A stretch of DNA of 64,000 nt, from assembly GCA_965153455.1 (NCBI GenBank), contig OZ234494.1:5828001-5892000 (forward strand), in the 5' to 3' direction. The translations under genes were made by a program, and so were the position numbers. Numbering within the stretch: position 1 is the first letter of the stretch; every line of letters begins with the position of its first letter. Positions 13,251-27,379 of this stretch are shown piece after piece. The notes beneath the pieces were generated by a model. It did not search any database, was not told the DNA's origin, and saw nothing but the letters and a program-made list of their open reading frames with translations. The stretch is from Sphagnum compactum (Eukaryota).

Positions 13251-14139
13251 GTATTGCCACACACAATTTTCTAGTTTGAACATATTTTGGAGTCTTTTCA
13301 GATCACTTTGATAGCAATGTCCAAATGATTCCAAATCTACTTAGGGTATGGTTCTGTTGGATCACATGCTTCCTGATGCAAGGGGTTAGTAAATCCCTGC
13401 ACAAGATTCCAGAGTGTGGTGGGCCTTCCTTGAACAAGGAGAAAGTATCCTCAAATCATCCTGACTTTTTCAATCACTCTGGGGTTCACAATTCTGTGAA
13501 TTAGATTGACCAAATGGTTGTTGGACCTGCACTTTTTTGCTTGGAGTGCAATGTTGAAGTTATAAGGCATCTTTCTGTGGCAACACTTCAAATTGCAAGA
13601 ATGTAAGAGTGCCAGGGTTGATGAACTTCTAGTAAGTATTTTTGTAGGTATCTATTGTGGTGATGACTATTGCAACAAGGGGGCGCAATCATGAATTGCT
13701 GTGAAAGCAACAGCGATGGTGCTGATCGCCTCCAGAGCTATTCTCAGTGACATTCTCATATATCTGAAAAATAGATTCACAGTCATGCTTCTACAATGGG
13801 CAATTTATATGATTGAAGGTCTTTTCCATGCTTTTTGCAAACACATAGATTAGCTCAAGAGAAACCATTGGTCGTCTCATAAAACTATTCTTTATATCAA
13901 GTGTAGATGATGGCGAAACTACAAATTGGAAGTCTATTTCTGATTTTGCTGAGCCCCTGGAGTGTGTTGCCTGGGCTTTTGATACCCTCTCTGCCTTTTC
14001 GAGTTTGGAATCGGCAGGAAGTTTGGAATATTCTGCATTTTAAATTGCCCCCAAAATAGGCAGAAAGTGCAAGTGCGAGGGATTTATGCGCTGTGAGAGG
14101 TTCCCAAATGCTTCTTTAAAAGCTTTTTTTTTTAAGAAC

Positions 14140-14400
14140 ACAAATTGGTGATCATCAATAAGAAGAATTAGCCAAATTTGGCTATAGATCAGATATGGAA
14201 GTAAATTCTTTAAATATTCATTTTATATTTTGTCGACCTGTGGGCTCCTGTTGAAGCAGTCTGGCGATTAAATTTTGTTTTTTTTTCCGAAATCTGTGAA
14301 TTAGGGCCTCTATTTTTCACAGAAATCCTCTGTAGGTGTTAAAAGCATATTTTTTTCATGCCAAGAAAATGCCAAAAATTCAGCCAAAAGTAAACACGGA
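14140..14400. mobile_element. Dispersed repeat copy carrying the TAGCCAAATTTGGCTA palindrome (non-autonomous element of unknown class)
   Basis: Perfect 16-bp palindrome at 14169-14184; similar blocks at ~5790-6045, 33282-33418, 37255-37515, 39820-39990, 56215-56690. Confidence 0.6.
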
Positions 14401-16441
14401 ATCCTCACTGAATACACAAAGGGAAAAATGCTGGTAAGTGTTTTTTTAGTAGGGCCCCGGTCCAGTTAAAGAGCTGGGCAGAAGTTAAAAAAAGAAAGCG
14501 GGCATTTAGAAAAAAGAGACACCCCAAAGAGCAGGCCAATTTCTTTGTCGAAAAATAGCGGAATTTCGCCAAAAAAAACACTTTCTTATTTAAGAAAGGG
14601 CAAAAAAAATTGTTTTCTGGGTGTCGAAAAAAAAAACACCCAAAGAGAAAGAAAATAGGAAAAAGAAGAAATGCAAAAGAAACTGCGAAAAGAAAATTTT
14701 CCGTTTGTTTTGGCTTCTGCTGACCGTGGCTCATCGTGGCAGCCACCGATTGGTCGAAACCTTGAGCTAGGGTTTCGCGGGAGCTTGACTTCCCTGCCTC
14801 CTCTCGCGCGCGTACTGCGAACGCAGGGACGAGTTTTTGCGCGCTTGTTACGTTGTTGCGTCCAGAGTATCGATTTTCTTGACCTTTTTTCCTCCATCTT
14901 TCTTGCCTACTTCGCACGTACCTTGTTTCTTACAATTCAACGGATTTTTGGGACTCATCTATTGTTTAGTTTTTTGGGTTGGTTGGCTTCGTCTGGAGAG
15001 AGAGAGAGAGGGAGCGTTGTCAAGAGCGAGAGAGATCTTGTGTGCGGGAAAAAAACAGGAGGGTGAATTCTTTGTAAGCTCCTCGTGTAACGAAGGTAAA
15101 GACTATGCACCCGAGTTTTTTAAAAAATTCCTTCTTTTTTTCTTTTTTTATCAAAATTTCGATAATCTCTTGATGAATCTGTGATGTGTTTGCGAAGCTT
15201 TTTTATGGGATGATCTGTCGGTTGTGGGGATGGGTCCTTTTTGTGCACCGTATGAATAGGGTTTCTGGATTGTTTTGTTTTGTCTTTTTTTCCCCAGTGG
15301 GATTTGGCCTCCTGATGAATTGTCGGTGTGGATTGGGGTACCAACAGATGAAGATTTTTGTATGCAGAGGCAATCTTTGTTGTTTTCGGGAGACGGTCCT
15401 TTTGTTGTGGAGAGATGTAGGGTTCCTTAAAAAATAAAAAAATAACCTGGTTGTTTCTGGTTTTTTTTGTTTGGTGAAGTTTGGTGTTTACGAGTTTTGA
15501 AGGAACCCTGAAGAGTTAGTTTGTGAATTGTGGAGTTGTTATAGTATTTTCTGGTTTTTGTTATTGCCTAGAATCACAGGTAGAAGGCTTTTTTCTCTGG
15601 TGGGATGTTAAGCAAACCGGGTTGAACCTATGCCATATAGGGTAAATAAATTGACATCAAAGAGGCGGCAATTTTGGAAATGAAGTACTGCAGAATACTT
15701 TAGAGGATTTCTTCTTTGCTATTTGTTGCTGAAAAAGAAGGGTAGGTTATTGGTTTCTGATGTCTGATATGATGTTTTACCCATGAAGAGCTTATCTTCT
15801 TGTGTTAAGAACAATAATGGAACAGAATGAAAATGGATCATTCATATTTTCTTTTCTGCATTAGGTTTTCAAGGTTGCAGATAAGGAGTGCAGATCTTCC
15901 TGGTATGTTTGTAGGTTTCAACACTTGCTTTCAGAAATGAGTGCTAGGATTGCACCCAATATGGGAGGGCATGCCAGTGATATCATTGTGCAATTCCCCA
16001 CTACTGCAGACATGTGACAGAAACTCAGTTCGTGGATTTCTGTAATACTTGTGTAATCATGTGATCAAGTAGATCATATTTATTCATTGATGCCCACTGT
16101 CAGGAACCAATGATTTTAGTGGGGTGATGTAGCTTGTCCCTGGCGTACATGATAGAGTTGAAAGTCCAATTCCAAGTCCGAATCTTAATACTGTAATCTG
16201 TGCTATTTTATGTGCAATATCTATTTGTTGCTTGAAATATGGATAACATGTCTGGATATGCATATTTGCTGTGAAACTTTCTGGATATTGGACTGAATTT
16301 GAAAAAGAATTCTGGGCGTGGGATTTTAGATAGTTTCTAGATTAGGGAATTACCTGGAATGAGGACCTGTTTTTTGTGGTGCTTGTGGCATCAGGGCCAG
16401 GACTATAAGGAGCTGTGCTGTGTTGAGAGAAGGAGAGAAGG

Positions 16442-19280
16442 ATGTGGGCGGCATCGTGCCTGGCATCTTGCTGTGCATCATGTGCGTGTGAGGCGTGCAA
16501 GGGGGTGGCGGGTGGCATTTCACGCCGCTCTGCTCGAATTGCGTATTGTGGCCTCTTTGCCTTGTCTCTTATAGTCTCATGGATTTTACGTGATTTTGCT
16601 GGACCACTTCTTGCCAAAATTCCATGTAAGTTTTTCTTGTTTCATTGTGGAGTTTCCCTAGCATCTTCCAGTGTTTCAGTCTTTTTTTCTGTTTGTGAAT
16701 TCAAGTCAATAGCAAGTGATTTCTCATCTGTAGTATAATACAATCCCTATCTGTTGCTTTTCCTCTGGGTCCTGCAAGTGATGTCAGAGTCAGGCAGTCT
16801 GACTGTGCTATGGTATTGCAAAGAGATATCCATAACACCCCCATGCACACAGAACCAGTGTCTGTGTTATGTAGTAACTGATGGAAGCATCAAACTGATA
16901 GTGCAAGTTTTTGGGATTCATGGCCAACTTGCAAGTGGTTGTGGGTTCAATTCTCCACTAAGCCTTGCTAGAGGTTACCTACAGTAGTGAATCTAGCTGT
17001 AGTAGGGGTCACAATGTCAATTTGGTCACCAAAATGAAAGGTGGGTACCTAGTGATTAAAACTGGGGGGAAGATTGGGCACTGACATTAACCCTGTTACG
17101 GTGGTTAGAAAGTGTCAGCCTCCAGAGGGAAGCAATAATAAGCCTTTAGGATTATTCTTCATCTCCAGTTTCATGCTGATACTGTAGCATGATCTCTTCC
17201 ATTTACAGTTTAAAGTTGTGAGTGATGAGGTTCTGGTTACTGGTTATGCCAGGGATCAACACTTTCACAGAGACACCAAGCATGGAATGGTTTGCAACAC
17301 AAGCAGTACTGCGTGTAAGCCTGGGCAACTGTTTGTTCTTTTTGGTGTTTGCTCTCATCATGATTGGTGTCAAGGACCAACGGGACTATCGAGATTCATG
17401 GCATCATGGTGGCTGGATGGCAAAGCTCATCATTTGGTGCATCACCATCATCCTCATGTTCTTCGTACCCAATGGCGTTGCCAATGCTTATGGTTTGAAA
17501 CTAATCCATTCTGTTACTCTTTATGACTGCATTGTTCCAAAGATCAACAAGTAGAATATGGGGTGACAGAAGTCACGATCTGTTGCCCTAGTGTGCTTTG
17601 TGCATTTCAGAAATTTCATTCAACTTGGTTCTGAGGGTATTGGTAGGACAAGCACCATGCAAAGCCAGTGCTTAACTATTAAAGGTTGTCTGCAGGTGCT
17701 GTGTCAAGGTTTGGATCAGGCTTATTTCTACTGGTGCAAGTTATCATCCTTCTTGACTTCACATACAACTGGAATGCTGCATGGGTCGCCAAAGATGAAC
17801 AATTCTGGTTTATCCTTCGAAACATACTTATCACCTATGTTTCAATGCAATGTTGAGCCTAGTGCGGATTCAGTGGTCATGCTGACAAGTTCCCTCTACT
17901 TCCTCAGATGTTATGTTCAGTATAAGTGTATGCCTACTTAGCAGTTCTGCATGTACAAGATATCATCTTTACCAAAGGTCTCATGATAACAGTATGGATA
18001 CAGTCTGATGAGGTGCTGAGATGTGTCCAGAGTTCCTTTAGGTAATGTATGAATTTGGTGATTCTGCAGGTACATAGCACTGCTTGTGGTGTCAGTTGTG
18101 TGCTATCTTGTAAGCTTTGCATTCTCGGGGCTGCTTTTCCACTGGTTCACTCCCTCAGGCGCAGATTGTCAGCTCAACACATTCTTCATTGTTTTCACCC
18201 TCATCCTTGCTGTATCTTTTGCGATCATCTCCCTCCATCCCCAGGTGGGTAGGCATATCTTCCACATCTGACGCTGAATGCCTATGTACTTTGCAGGAGT
18301 TGTCAACCTACTTTCTCATGCTTAATTTAGATTGGGCTCCACTGTGTTTATGATTTTGTTTTAGAACACTGTATGGTATGTACTTGAACCCTGCTTTATG
18401 AAGCAGTCAATTCAAGCACTGCTTAGGTTTGAACTTGAGTGTGTGGATTCAAGTGTGCATTGACAGTTCCTCACAATTGTTGCAGCAGCTCTTTCAAGCA
18501 GCTAATTACCACATGGGATGGGGAAATGGGGAACAGGTGAATGGGAGCCTTTTGCCTGCTGCAGTTTTAGCTGTCTACAGTACCTATTTGTGCTACAGTG
18601 CTCTGTCAAGTGAGCCTCGTGACTATGAGTGCAATGGCCTCCACAAACACATTGGGGCTGTGTCAACCGGCACATTAGTGTTGGGCATGGGCACAACTCT
18701 GCTTTCTGTTGTCTACTCTGCTGTCCGTGCAGGCTCTTCTACTACTTTCCTCTCGCCCCCATCCTCTCCTAGAGAAGGTGCCATCCTTCTTCATAAACTC
18801 TTGTTTGTTTATAGAACACTGTGTAATCCCTATTGGCATGTTGCCATGTAAAAGCTCCAGAGTTTGCCCAGGAGTAGCTAACTGCTTTATCTTGTATGGA
18901 AAGCATGATAGGGTCTGATTGTCATGTGTTGTCTCTGGTCAGGATTATCTCGGAAGCCTCTATTGACAAAGGAGGACATGGAGGAGGGTAATGATCTGGA
19001 AGATGATGATGAGCCAATTAGGCGAGGAGGCAAACGTAGCAGTGAGCCCCGTCCAGTTACCTACGTGTACAGCTTTTTCCATTTGATATTTGCCCTTGCC
19101 AGCATGTATTCTGCCATGCTCCTTACAGGCTGGGGGAATGCAAACATGGAAGAGAAGGATATTATTGATGTTGGCTGGCCATCTGTGTGGGTTCGTATGT
19201 GCACACAGTGGCTCACTGCTGCACTTTATGTTTGGTCTCTTGTTGCCCCCACTATCTTCCCCGATCGTGATTTCTCTTGA
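16442..19280 (+). CDS. Serine incorporator (SERINC/TMS membrane protein). Exons 16442-16625, 17253-17492, 17696-17807, 18070-18244, 18537-18777, 18943-19280
   Basis: MWAASCLASCCASCACEAC, SARIAYCGLFALSLIVSWILR, RDSWHHGGWMAK, YLCYSALSSEPRDYECNGLH, YSFFHLIFALASMYSAMLLTGW, LVAPTIFPDRDFS*; GT-AG introns. Confidence 0.95.
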
Positions 19281-20763
19281 ACTACAGATGGTCAAAGGCA
19301 CAGTAAAAGAATGCTTTGGAGATCATGAGTTATATGATCTGTGGATTTCTGTGAAGTCACAGATTAGTACATAAGTAGCCACATGTTCTGTCAGGAGCTG
19401 ATGAAGTCAGCGGGTAGTAATGGCAGCTAGCTAGCCAATGCTGTTCATGGTGAATAAGAAAAGTGATAATCTGATGTACATTGTGAGTGCTGCAAGCTTA
19501 TGAGTGCACTCACTTCTGTCTTGTTTGCTTTGGTCTTAGCTGAAATCAACTCAAATCTCTGAACCTGAACTTGGTTACCCACTGCGTTTGCAGATTTTCT
19601 CTCGCCCAGATAATCTTGCAGATCACTCTTGTAGTTCATGAATATGCTTCATTCTGTTTATGAACAATTTGCAACAATCAAGTTTGGATCTGTTGAATTG
19701 TGCATATTTCTGGTCTTGAAGGGGTGAAGTGTTTGTACTGTCCACAAGCTGGAAATTGTGGCTTGTGTTGCTTTTCCAAGACTGCTTGAAACTGAGTTTC
19801 AGGTGACAGCAAACCTTAAGTGAAGTGTTCTAGAAGGAATGGCAGGATGGCTGAATGTCACAACCCTCACACACTACAATTCCGCTTGTGCACCTTTTGT
19901 TATGTCGTTTCAAGTGATGATGTCTGTTAGTGGCTGTATACCACTATTCCACTTGTGTGTTGTTGTAACATGTTTTCAAGAGATGGTTGTGGTTGTACAT
20001 TACAATCTCATAGGTACATATTTTCAAGAGATGTTTGTGTTTCAGGTCCCTGGCAAGAATGTTGAATGGAAAGCTTTGCTTATTTGCAAAACAAATTGAA
20101 TTTCATCCTCTTCCAACATCTGCAGACTACAGCTTTTTCTTTCATCAAAGTGCACCAACAGAGTTCCTGACTCAAACATGAACATCTTTACACACAGTCC
20201 AAGTTCTTCCCACAGGCATTTGCCAGAAGCAGCAGATCAATGAGAATGGAAAACTTCAATCAAGGACAGATTGCTTACAACCCGAAGGTTAAAGATGAAA
20301 CAGAAACCAGCCAACAAGAGTGCAAAGACTCTTACCATATGCAAACAGGGTGGCTTCTCTTTGGTGCATACACTATGGCACATTCTGATATGCTAGGTGA
20401 TCAATGCTTTCACCATTTCAGAGCAGAGGTTCCAAGATGCTGCAGTTACACAAATTGATCATAGAACTGTAAAAGGCACTACCTCACTGCTGGATGATAC
20501 AGTGAGGTACTGAACACCTGCAGGCCATATGCGTTTCTCCAATGTAAGTCTTGCAATTTTGTCCTACACTCTTTGTGTGCAGAAATTCAGAACCATTGTG
20601 ACATGAATAAGAAAGGAGAGGGTGGTTTTGGTTGCTAAGAATTTTGACATACTGCAAGGATCACAGAAAGACTTCCATTGTAAAAACAAGGCTGATGATG
20701 AGCCATCAGAAATTTTTAAGTTGACCAGTTCTGGCTCTCTAACAAGAATCTGCCCATGCTCAC

Positions 20764-23700
20764 CTCTTCTTCCATGTACTCTCTCTCCTTGAAAATATAT
20801 TCATCCCATTTAGGTTTCATCACTGACCTGCATTTCGAGAGCAGAGGTCAGATTCCTGAGGATTCCAGTGGAGTAGAATGTGACCACAGGGACTTCAACC
20901 CAACAAATGGGATCAGAATGAAGAGGGACATTCCTTCTGTTTTAGCCCTCTCAGCATATTTCTGCCCTTGTCCAATTCAAGAGACTTATACAAGTAGAGT
21001 CCCATATGTTCTATATATGGAAGCACCAGAGTGAATTGATCAAGATGTTGTAGTGACCCTTGTCATCAAGGAACTGCTTAGCAAGGAAAATGATGAGATG
21101 AGAGACTTGCCTTAAATTGTTGCCATACTTAGTTGAATTCCACCCGAGAGGACCCCCTGTCCAAGAAGCAAGAAAATGGTGTAAAATCAGCCCACATTTC
21201 CAGCCTCCTTTCAAAAAAGGAATTACTGCATTCACAAGCCCTACACTCACAGCTTGTCCTGTTCGATGCTTGAAGTGCCTTTCAGCTTCAATGTCTTCTG
21301 CTTCATGGGCTTGTGAACTTTGAAAGTCTGAGATTGGATCTTGTCTGCTTTATCCAAGCCTGTAGACTGCTGCCACACCCGGCATCCGATCTTCTGTTTT
21401 GTGGGCACTTGACACACACCTCCTGATATGCAAGGATTCTCAAAACATGATAGACTTTTTTCACCTGCCCTATGTGATTGAAAGCCTTGATGATCCGGAT
21501 TGCAAGAGTACACTGAAGGTTGCCCTGTTGTTCCTTCTAGTTGTTGATTTTGCAAGGACCTGTGCTTCAAATCTGGTGGACAGCCCAGTACTTCAGATGA
21601 TTTTGACAAACTCTTTCCAGCACATACCTTACTGATTGGACCTATGAGCTCAGATTTCTTTGAGCTACTTAATGGTGAGTCCTCCCGAGAGTCTGCTATG
21701 GAATCATACTGAAGATGCTCCTTGGAGTCCTCAAGGATAGTCTCTTGCAGCCTTGCCAGTCTGAAATTGAGTTCCACAGGGCACCCAAGCGCCACTTGAA
21801 AAGCATGGCATGTGCCACTCTGTAACCTTTCTGCCCTTGCTTTGTGCTCTGGATGCTGGAACTCCACATGAGCAACCGCATATGTATTGTCTGAAGCATA
21901 AAACAAATAGCATGCCGCAAACAAGGATTAAGACTACATTTTAAAATATGAATAAACTGAGTATTGCATGCACTTCTGTTTGGGTGAAAACTAAAGATTG
22001 AGACAGTTTCACACATATTGCATGTTGAAACAGGTTCACTTATCTAGCTGCAGGTATTGTTCTTACTCAGACATGCTGAATTCATAATCAGTATGTGAAA
22101 CACAAAGAAGTTTGCAGACATCGTTCAAGAGAACATGGAGAGCTGACACCTTCTCTTCACAATCTGGCCAGAACAAATGAGGAGGAGAAGAAAAGTACAG
22201 AACATACCATTTGCCACAGATAGAGAAACCAATGATCCTTCGGCCTGCATGAGCTGCCTCAACACATCAGACCGATAACTATGCAGGACCTTTGTCCACA
22301 CATCTTTCAGTTCTCCATAACCAAGCAGGTGAAAGTCACAGGATTTTGCAAGCACTTGGTGGCCATCGTAGAGCAAGTTGGAACTAGATTGCAGAACCTC
22401 CTCTGATGAACTGTTTCTGGCTCTTAGTAAGGGCGAATGGGCAGGGTGAACTTTGGCCTCCGATTGAGCTATGACTGATTGAACGCACCTCCTACCTTCT
22501 GAAGGTGTCAAGGACTGCAGTCTCTCTTCTTCATTTTGATAATAAGCCATATGTGACATCTGCGGTGGCAATTGAGGGTGTCGATAGTGAGCCTGATGTC
22601 GGTGCACCTCTATATCTCTGAAATTTGGCAGCCTTGGAGTATAGGGCTCTCTAGGAATCACAGTTTCCAAGGTCTCAAATGCAATGGGACTCGGTGCCAT
22701 ACTGGTATCAACAGAGGAAGGAACATAGGATCGATCTGGGGCAAACTGCAACAGTGCAGCAGTTAGCCATGTAGGTCGGTCATGTGATACACGTAACTGC
22801 TTCTCAGATTCTAATAGAATCTTCAATGCTTGACGTAGTTGATGTTGCTCTTCCCTGCTCGCTGATAAGAGTTAGCAGCATACCCAATGTCAGCTAGAGA
22901 ATCCAAACAACATTATCAAGCATGTCAAAAGTGTTCAAGGTGTTGTTCTTTTTTGTCTTCAGTTTGCTATGATCAAAATTGGGGCCAGTCACCAACAAGG
23001 GTAAACTTTTGCTTATCTGTATTGATGATTAACTGTGCTAATAAATGCAGTTGGACAGAGAAAATTGCACATTAAATGCATCACCTACAGAGATCACGTC
23101 TGAAGAAACCACCCTTAGAACGCATCTCACGGTGTATGTCAAAGCTTCCACCCAGAATATTGGTGATGAGAGATGCTAGTTGTGCAACCAATGACAACGC
23201 ATCCACCCCAAGGTCCAAAAGCTCTCGTGTGCATCTCACTGTGTTTACAGCATCTGCTGACAGTGCTAAATCGAGCAGATCCAGTAGCATGTCATCAGGA
23301 ATGAGTCCCACCTGAAAACAAATACAATGAATGCCCTCAAACCAACAAAATTGAACAAAATGTCCCTCATCATATACCCATGCAATTGCAGGGAAATCTC
23401 TACAACAACAATTTGAAGGTGAAAAACAACATTAGTAAGTGCAGCCATAACCTTATGAGAGTGGCTCACAAAGTGTCAGACCATCACTTTCATCATGAAT
23501 TGCAGTGACAAGCTGCCATGACCACCCACAGACTTCATCTGCTCCCAACAGTGGGTGTAGAGATACATGATATGTATCTCAGGCAAAGATTTATACAAAG
23601 CCCATGTCCTGAGTTTCTGTCCCACATTCCCAACAGGAAGCATCCATCGTAATGTTGGCTAGCATTCGAGAGACCAAATGCCACACATCAGCATGCTAAA

Positions 23701-26700
23701 ACTTCATTACCTGAACCCTGTTCTCAAATCCATGTGGGGAGGAGAGGCAGACCAACTTACAAGCTCCTGAACAATGGCCAAGGAGACTTTATTGTCCAGA
23801 AGACTGAGTTGATCTAGAGTGCTTTCTGCATCTCGCAAGGATCCATCAGCTCTCGATGCAATCAATGACAAAGCTGCCACATCCACCTCAAGATTCTCCT
23901 TCGCAGCCAGCATCTGCAACCGGCTAATTATCTCTGCATCTTTCACTTTTCCAAAAAGAAACTTCTGGCACCTGCATATCATGAGCAATTTGTGTAAACA
24001 CACACACAACCAGAAGCGAAAAAATACAACAGAAATCACGACCCATTTGAAAACACAACCAACCAGAAGCAAAAAGATGCAACGGAAATCACGACCCATT
24101 TGTAAACGCAAACAAACAGAAGCAAAACATACCAAAGAATTCCTGACACATCTGTAAACACAAACAACCAAAAGCAAAAACATGCAATCTAATTCATGGC
24201 ACATTTGTACCATCTTTGTGACTTGGCTGTGAGTGAATGAATGGGTGCTACAATTTCCCATGGCAAGTGATGACCTGACAATATTACCTGGAAGTGGCTG
24301 TAAGAGGGAGACGTTCAGGATTAGTGGTAATGAGAATGAGAACAATATCTGGTGGCGGGTCCTCCAAAAACTTGAGGAATGTACTCCACATCTCAGGAGT
24401 GAGAAAATCACATCCCTCAACAATGAAGACTTGGTAACGGGAGTGAGAGGGGAATGGGGAGGAGCTCATACTGCTCAACAAGGCTCTCATGTGCTCAATC
24501 TCTAGCTCATTTGCTGCATTGACTTCCCTTACATGGAAACTCATGTTGAGAGCAAAAGATGCTGTGCATTCCTTGCAAAGTCCACAGGGGCGACGATGTG
24601 GTTCTGTTGCTAAACATACAAGAGCTGCTGCAAATACCCTTGCAGCACTCGTCTTTCCTGTTCCTCGAGGTCCGCTGAAGAGATATACGGGTGCAACTCT
24701 CCCCTTTGTGATTGCACTCACAAGAGATCTCACCACAAGGGTTTGTCCCACCAGATCCTTGAAGGATTTTGGTCTGTATTTGTGACACAATCTTTGATGC
24801 AGCAGCCCTTGTTCTTGTTCTTGTGCTTCTTCTTCTTCCTTCTTTGCAAGAAATCCTTGAGGAGGACCTCCTCTGTCATCTGGAAGTTTCCTTTGTGAGG
24901 AGATAGCCCCTGTAGCCGCCGACCTCCTCCTGCTTGGTCTTTCTCCTGCTCTTCTTCGAGATCTCGCCATCTCCTCCAGTTTCTTGCCCCGATCTGCTGC
25001 TCCTTGTTGAAGAACTCCACCTAAGTAAGAATGCAGCGGTCTCGGAGGAGAAGGGGAGTTCTTCTTCTTCTTCTTCTTCTTCTTCTTCTTCTCTATTGTT
25101 GTGTTGTTGGAAGCAGGTGCTGCCTCCTCCTCAGCGCAGCTTCGCGATCCGTTTCTTCTTGCTCCTCCTCCTTGTTGTTGCGGCTGCTGCTGCAGCTTCG
25201 TGTTTTCCTTCTTGTTGATTCTCTTCTTCTTCTTTCCCACAGGAAGCACACATGATTCGAAGAAGCAGCCTCTGCTGCGCAGAAAGGCGAAGAAGAGTCT
25301 CTTGTTCTTTGTCTTGGCTTTGTACTTGCGAAGAAGACGTGACCAGTAGCAACGCAGCAACAGCAGCAACCCGCCGCGACGTCGTGGTTGTTGTTTCCGT
25401 GGGAGACGACTCGAAACTTCCGGCTCGTCGTCATCGTCGTCAACATTCGTGGTGAGCGCAATGCGAGCTTCTTCACCGTAACAATCGCCGCCGCCTGATG
25501 ACGATTTTTGGCTCTTGGTCCGTCGTCGAACATGCGAGGAGGAGCACACTCTCCTGAGATTCAATCCATTCTGTCGCGGCGTCTTCTTCTTCTTCACGGG
25601 ATCTCCTCTTCTTCCAAAGGGAGACGCAGAGTTGGACATCCGTGAAGATGTTTCTTCTTCTTCAACCGATTCTTCTTGCACAACAGAAGAATTGTGCTTG
25701 CCTTCTTCTTCCTGACTCTCAAGCCATCTCTCTTCTTCCTCTTGGCCTTGACGATCTCGCATTCCTTGCAACGTACGAGCATCATATGCTGGGCTGGTGA
25801 GCTCTGAAACATAGAAAGAGTGGTGAGGATAAGCGGCGCAAGGAAGCAGGCGAGTCTCGGACATCATCATCAACCTCCTGGCGTTGTTTTCTGCATCATC
25901 ATCATCATCTCCTTGCCCTCCTTCTCCTCCATCTCCGTGTCTGTACGCTTCCTCCTCGACTCTTCTTTGGGCGCATTGCTGTGGAGGTTCATCATCATCA
26001 TCGTGGCATCGCCGATCGTTTCCTCCTCTTCTGCCGTTCAAATCCACAATCGCTTGTGCTTGAACTGATCCTCCTGCCTCAGCCGCTCTTCCTCTGTCTC
26101 CTCCGTCTGCCGCTGGTCCGCCATCTCTATATTCCTTTCCTTTTGCTGCATTGTCGTCTTTCCCGCCGATCTCCTGAGTCGTAATTCTGCAGCCTGCTGC
26201 AAGCGTTCTCGCACCATCGCTGCTGCCAGCAGCAGCAGGAGCTCCTCCTAATCGCCATTGCCTATTGCTTAGCTGATGATGATCTCCAGCTCCTACGCCT
26301 CCTCCTCCTCCTCCTCCTCTCCTGATCTTGCTGCTTCTTCTAGTCTTCTTCTTCTTCGCTACAAGCGGTTGTGAAAGCTCGTTTCCGAACGTTGTCGCCA
26401 TCATCATCATCATCCCGGCTCCTGCTGCTGCAGCATTGTTGTTGTTTCTGGAGCTCACTCTGGTCACACAGCTGCTGCCGTTGTCTTCCTCCAAGAGCGT
26501 GTCGAAGGAGGAGAGAGTGGAAGGATCTTGCAACGACCTCACTTTCTTCACCGCTGCTGTCAGTTCGCGCATCAGCTCCACTTGCGGAGACCTGATGATC
26601 CTACTCGACATCTCCTTCTCCTGCTGTTGCTGCACTTCCGCTAGTCTCTTCTGCTGCATCGTCTCCCGCCGCGACCTACGGCTTCTTCTCTTCTGGATAC

Positions 26701-26884
26701 CGGGAACAATAACGACATCTTGCTGCTTCTTCAATTGAAAAAGATTATCATCATCATCTTCTTCTTCTTCACTCAAGTCACACACATTGTGCTGCGGCAT
26801 CTTCGCAAGCAGAGAATAAGAGAGAGCTCCGTCTGGAGAAGCGCCATTGCCATAAGAAGTACAGAGCATCACTCTCTTCCCCAT
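20764..26884 (-). CDS. STICHEL-like protein (DNA polymerase III gamma/tau, DnaX-like AAA+). Exons ~26884-24288, 23971-23761, 23311-23089, 22861-22208, 21890-21251, probably 20827-20764 and possibly one more ending near ~20483; start and 3' end uncertain
   Basis: LCHKYRPKSFKDLVGQTLVVRSL, Walker A YLFSGPRGTGKTSAARVFA, zinc motif C...PCGLCKEC, SRCQKFLF, ADGSLRDAESTLDQLSLL, ELVGLIPDDMLLDLLDLALSADAVNTVR, SEKQLRVSHDRPTWLTAALLQ; long low-complexity N-terminus as in the STI family. Confidence 0.9.
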
Positions 26885-27379
26885 ATCCTCCACAGTTGCA
26901 ACACATGACGACGACGACGATGATCAACTGCGTGCAACAACATTACAAAAACAACGACTACTACATCTTTTCTGCATGTACGCTGTTTTCTTCTTCTTTC
27001 CTGCCTTCTTCCCCTTCTTCCAAACTTTGTTCTGCAAAAAACCTGGTGTCGCAGCTGCTGACATTCATTCTCAACTCTACGGGAAACATCTGCACAGTGT
27101 TTGACAAAAGAAGATGACTTCAGCAGATGCCACTCCAGCGTGCAAAAAACCAATTGCTGAAAACACACGGGGAAGCACAACTGCTGCAGGAGATGCAGTT
27201 TTTCTTCTCTGCAAACACCAGTGCTGGTGGTGGTGTACTTTTTGCTGCAAGTTTGTTCTTGTCTCTGGGTGGTGTCGTGTACTTGTTTACTACTGGTTTT
27301 TCTTCCCTGCATTAAAGACAAAAAAGAAGCTCTCTGATGGACAAAAAACACCACATGATTCTGATGATTTTGCTTTCTG

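Noticed and set aside
14405-15437. ORFs of 100-170 aa on both strands
   Set aside because: Low-complexity A/T-run translations within the SERINC promoter and 5'UTR; no protein motifs
23707-24423. 238-aa ORF as a separate gene
   Set aside because: It is STICHEL-like exon 2 plus read-through of the repetitive intron 1
24284-24800. Horizontally acquired bacterial dnaX
   Set aside because: The gene has spliceosomal introns and STICHEL-family C-terminal motifs, so it belongs to a known land-plant family
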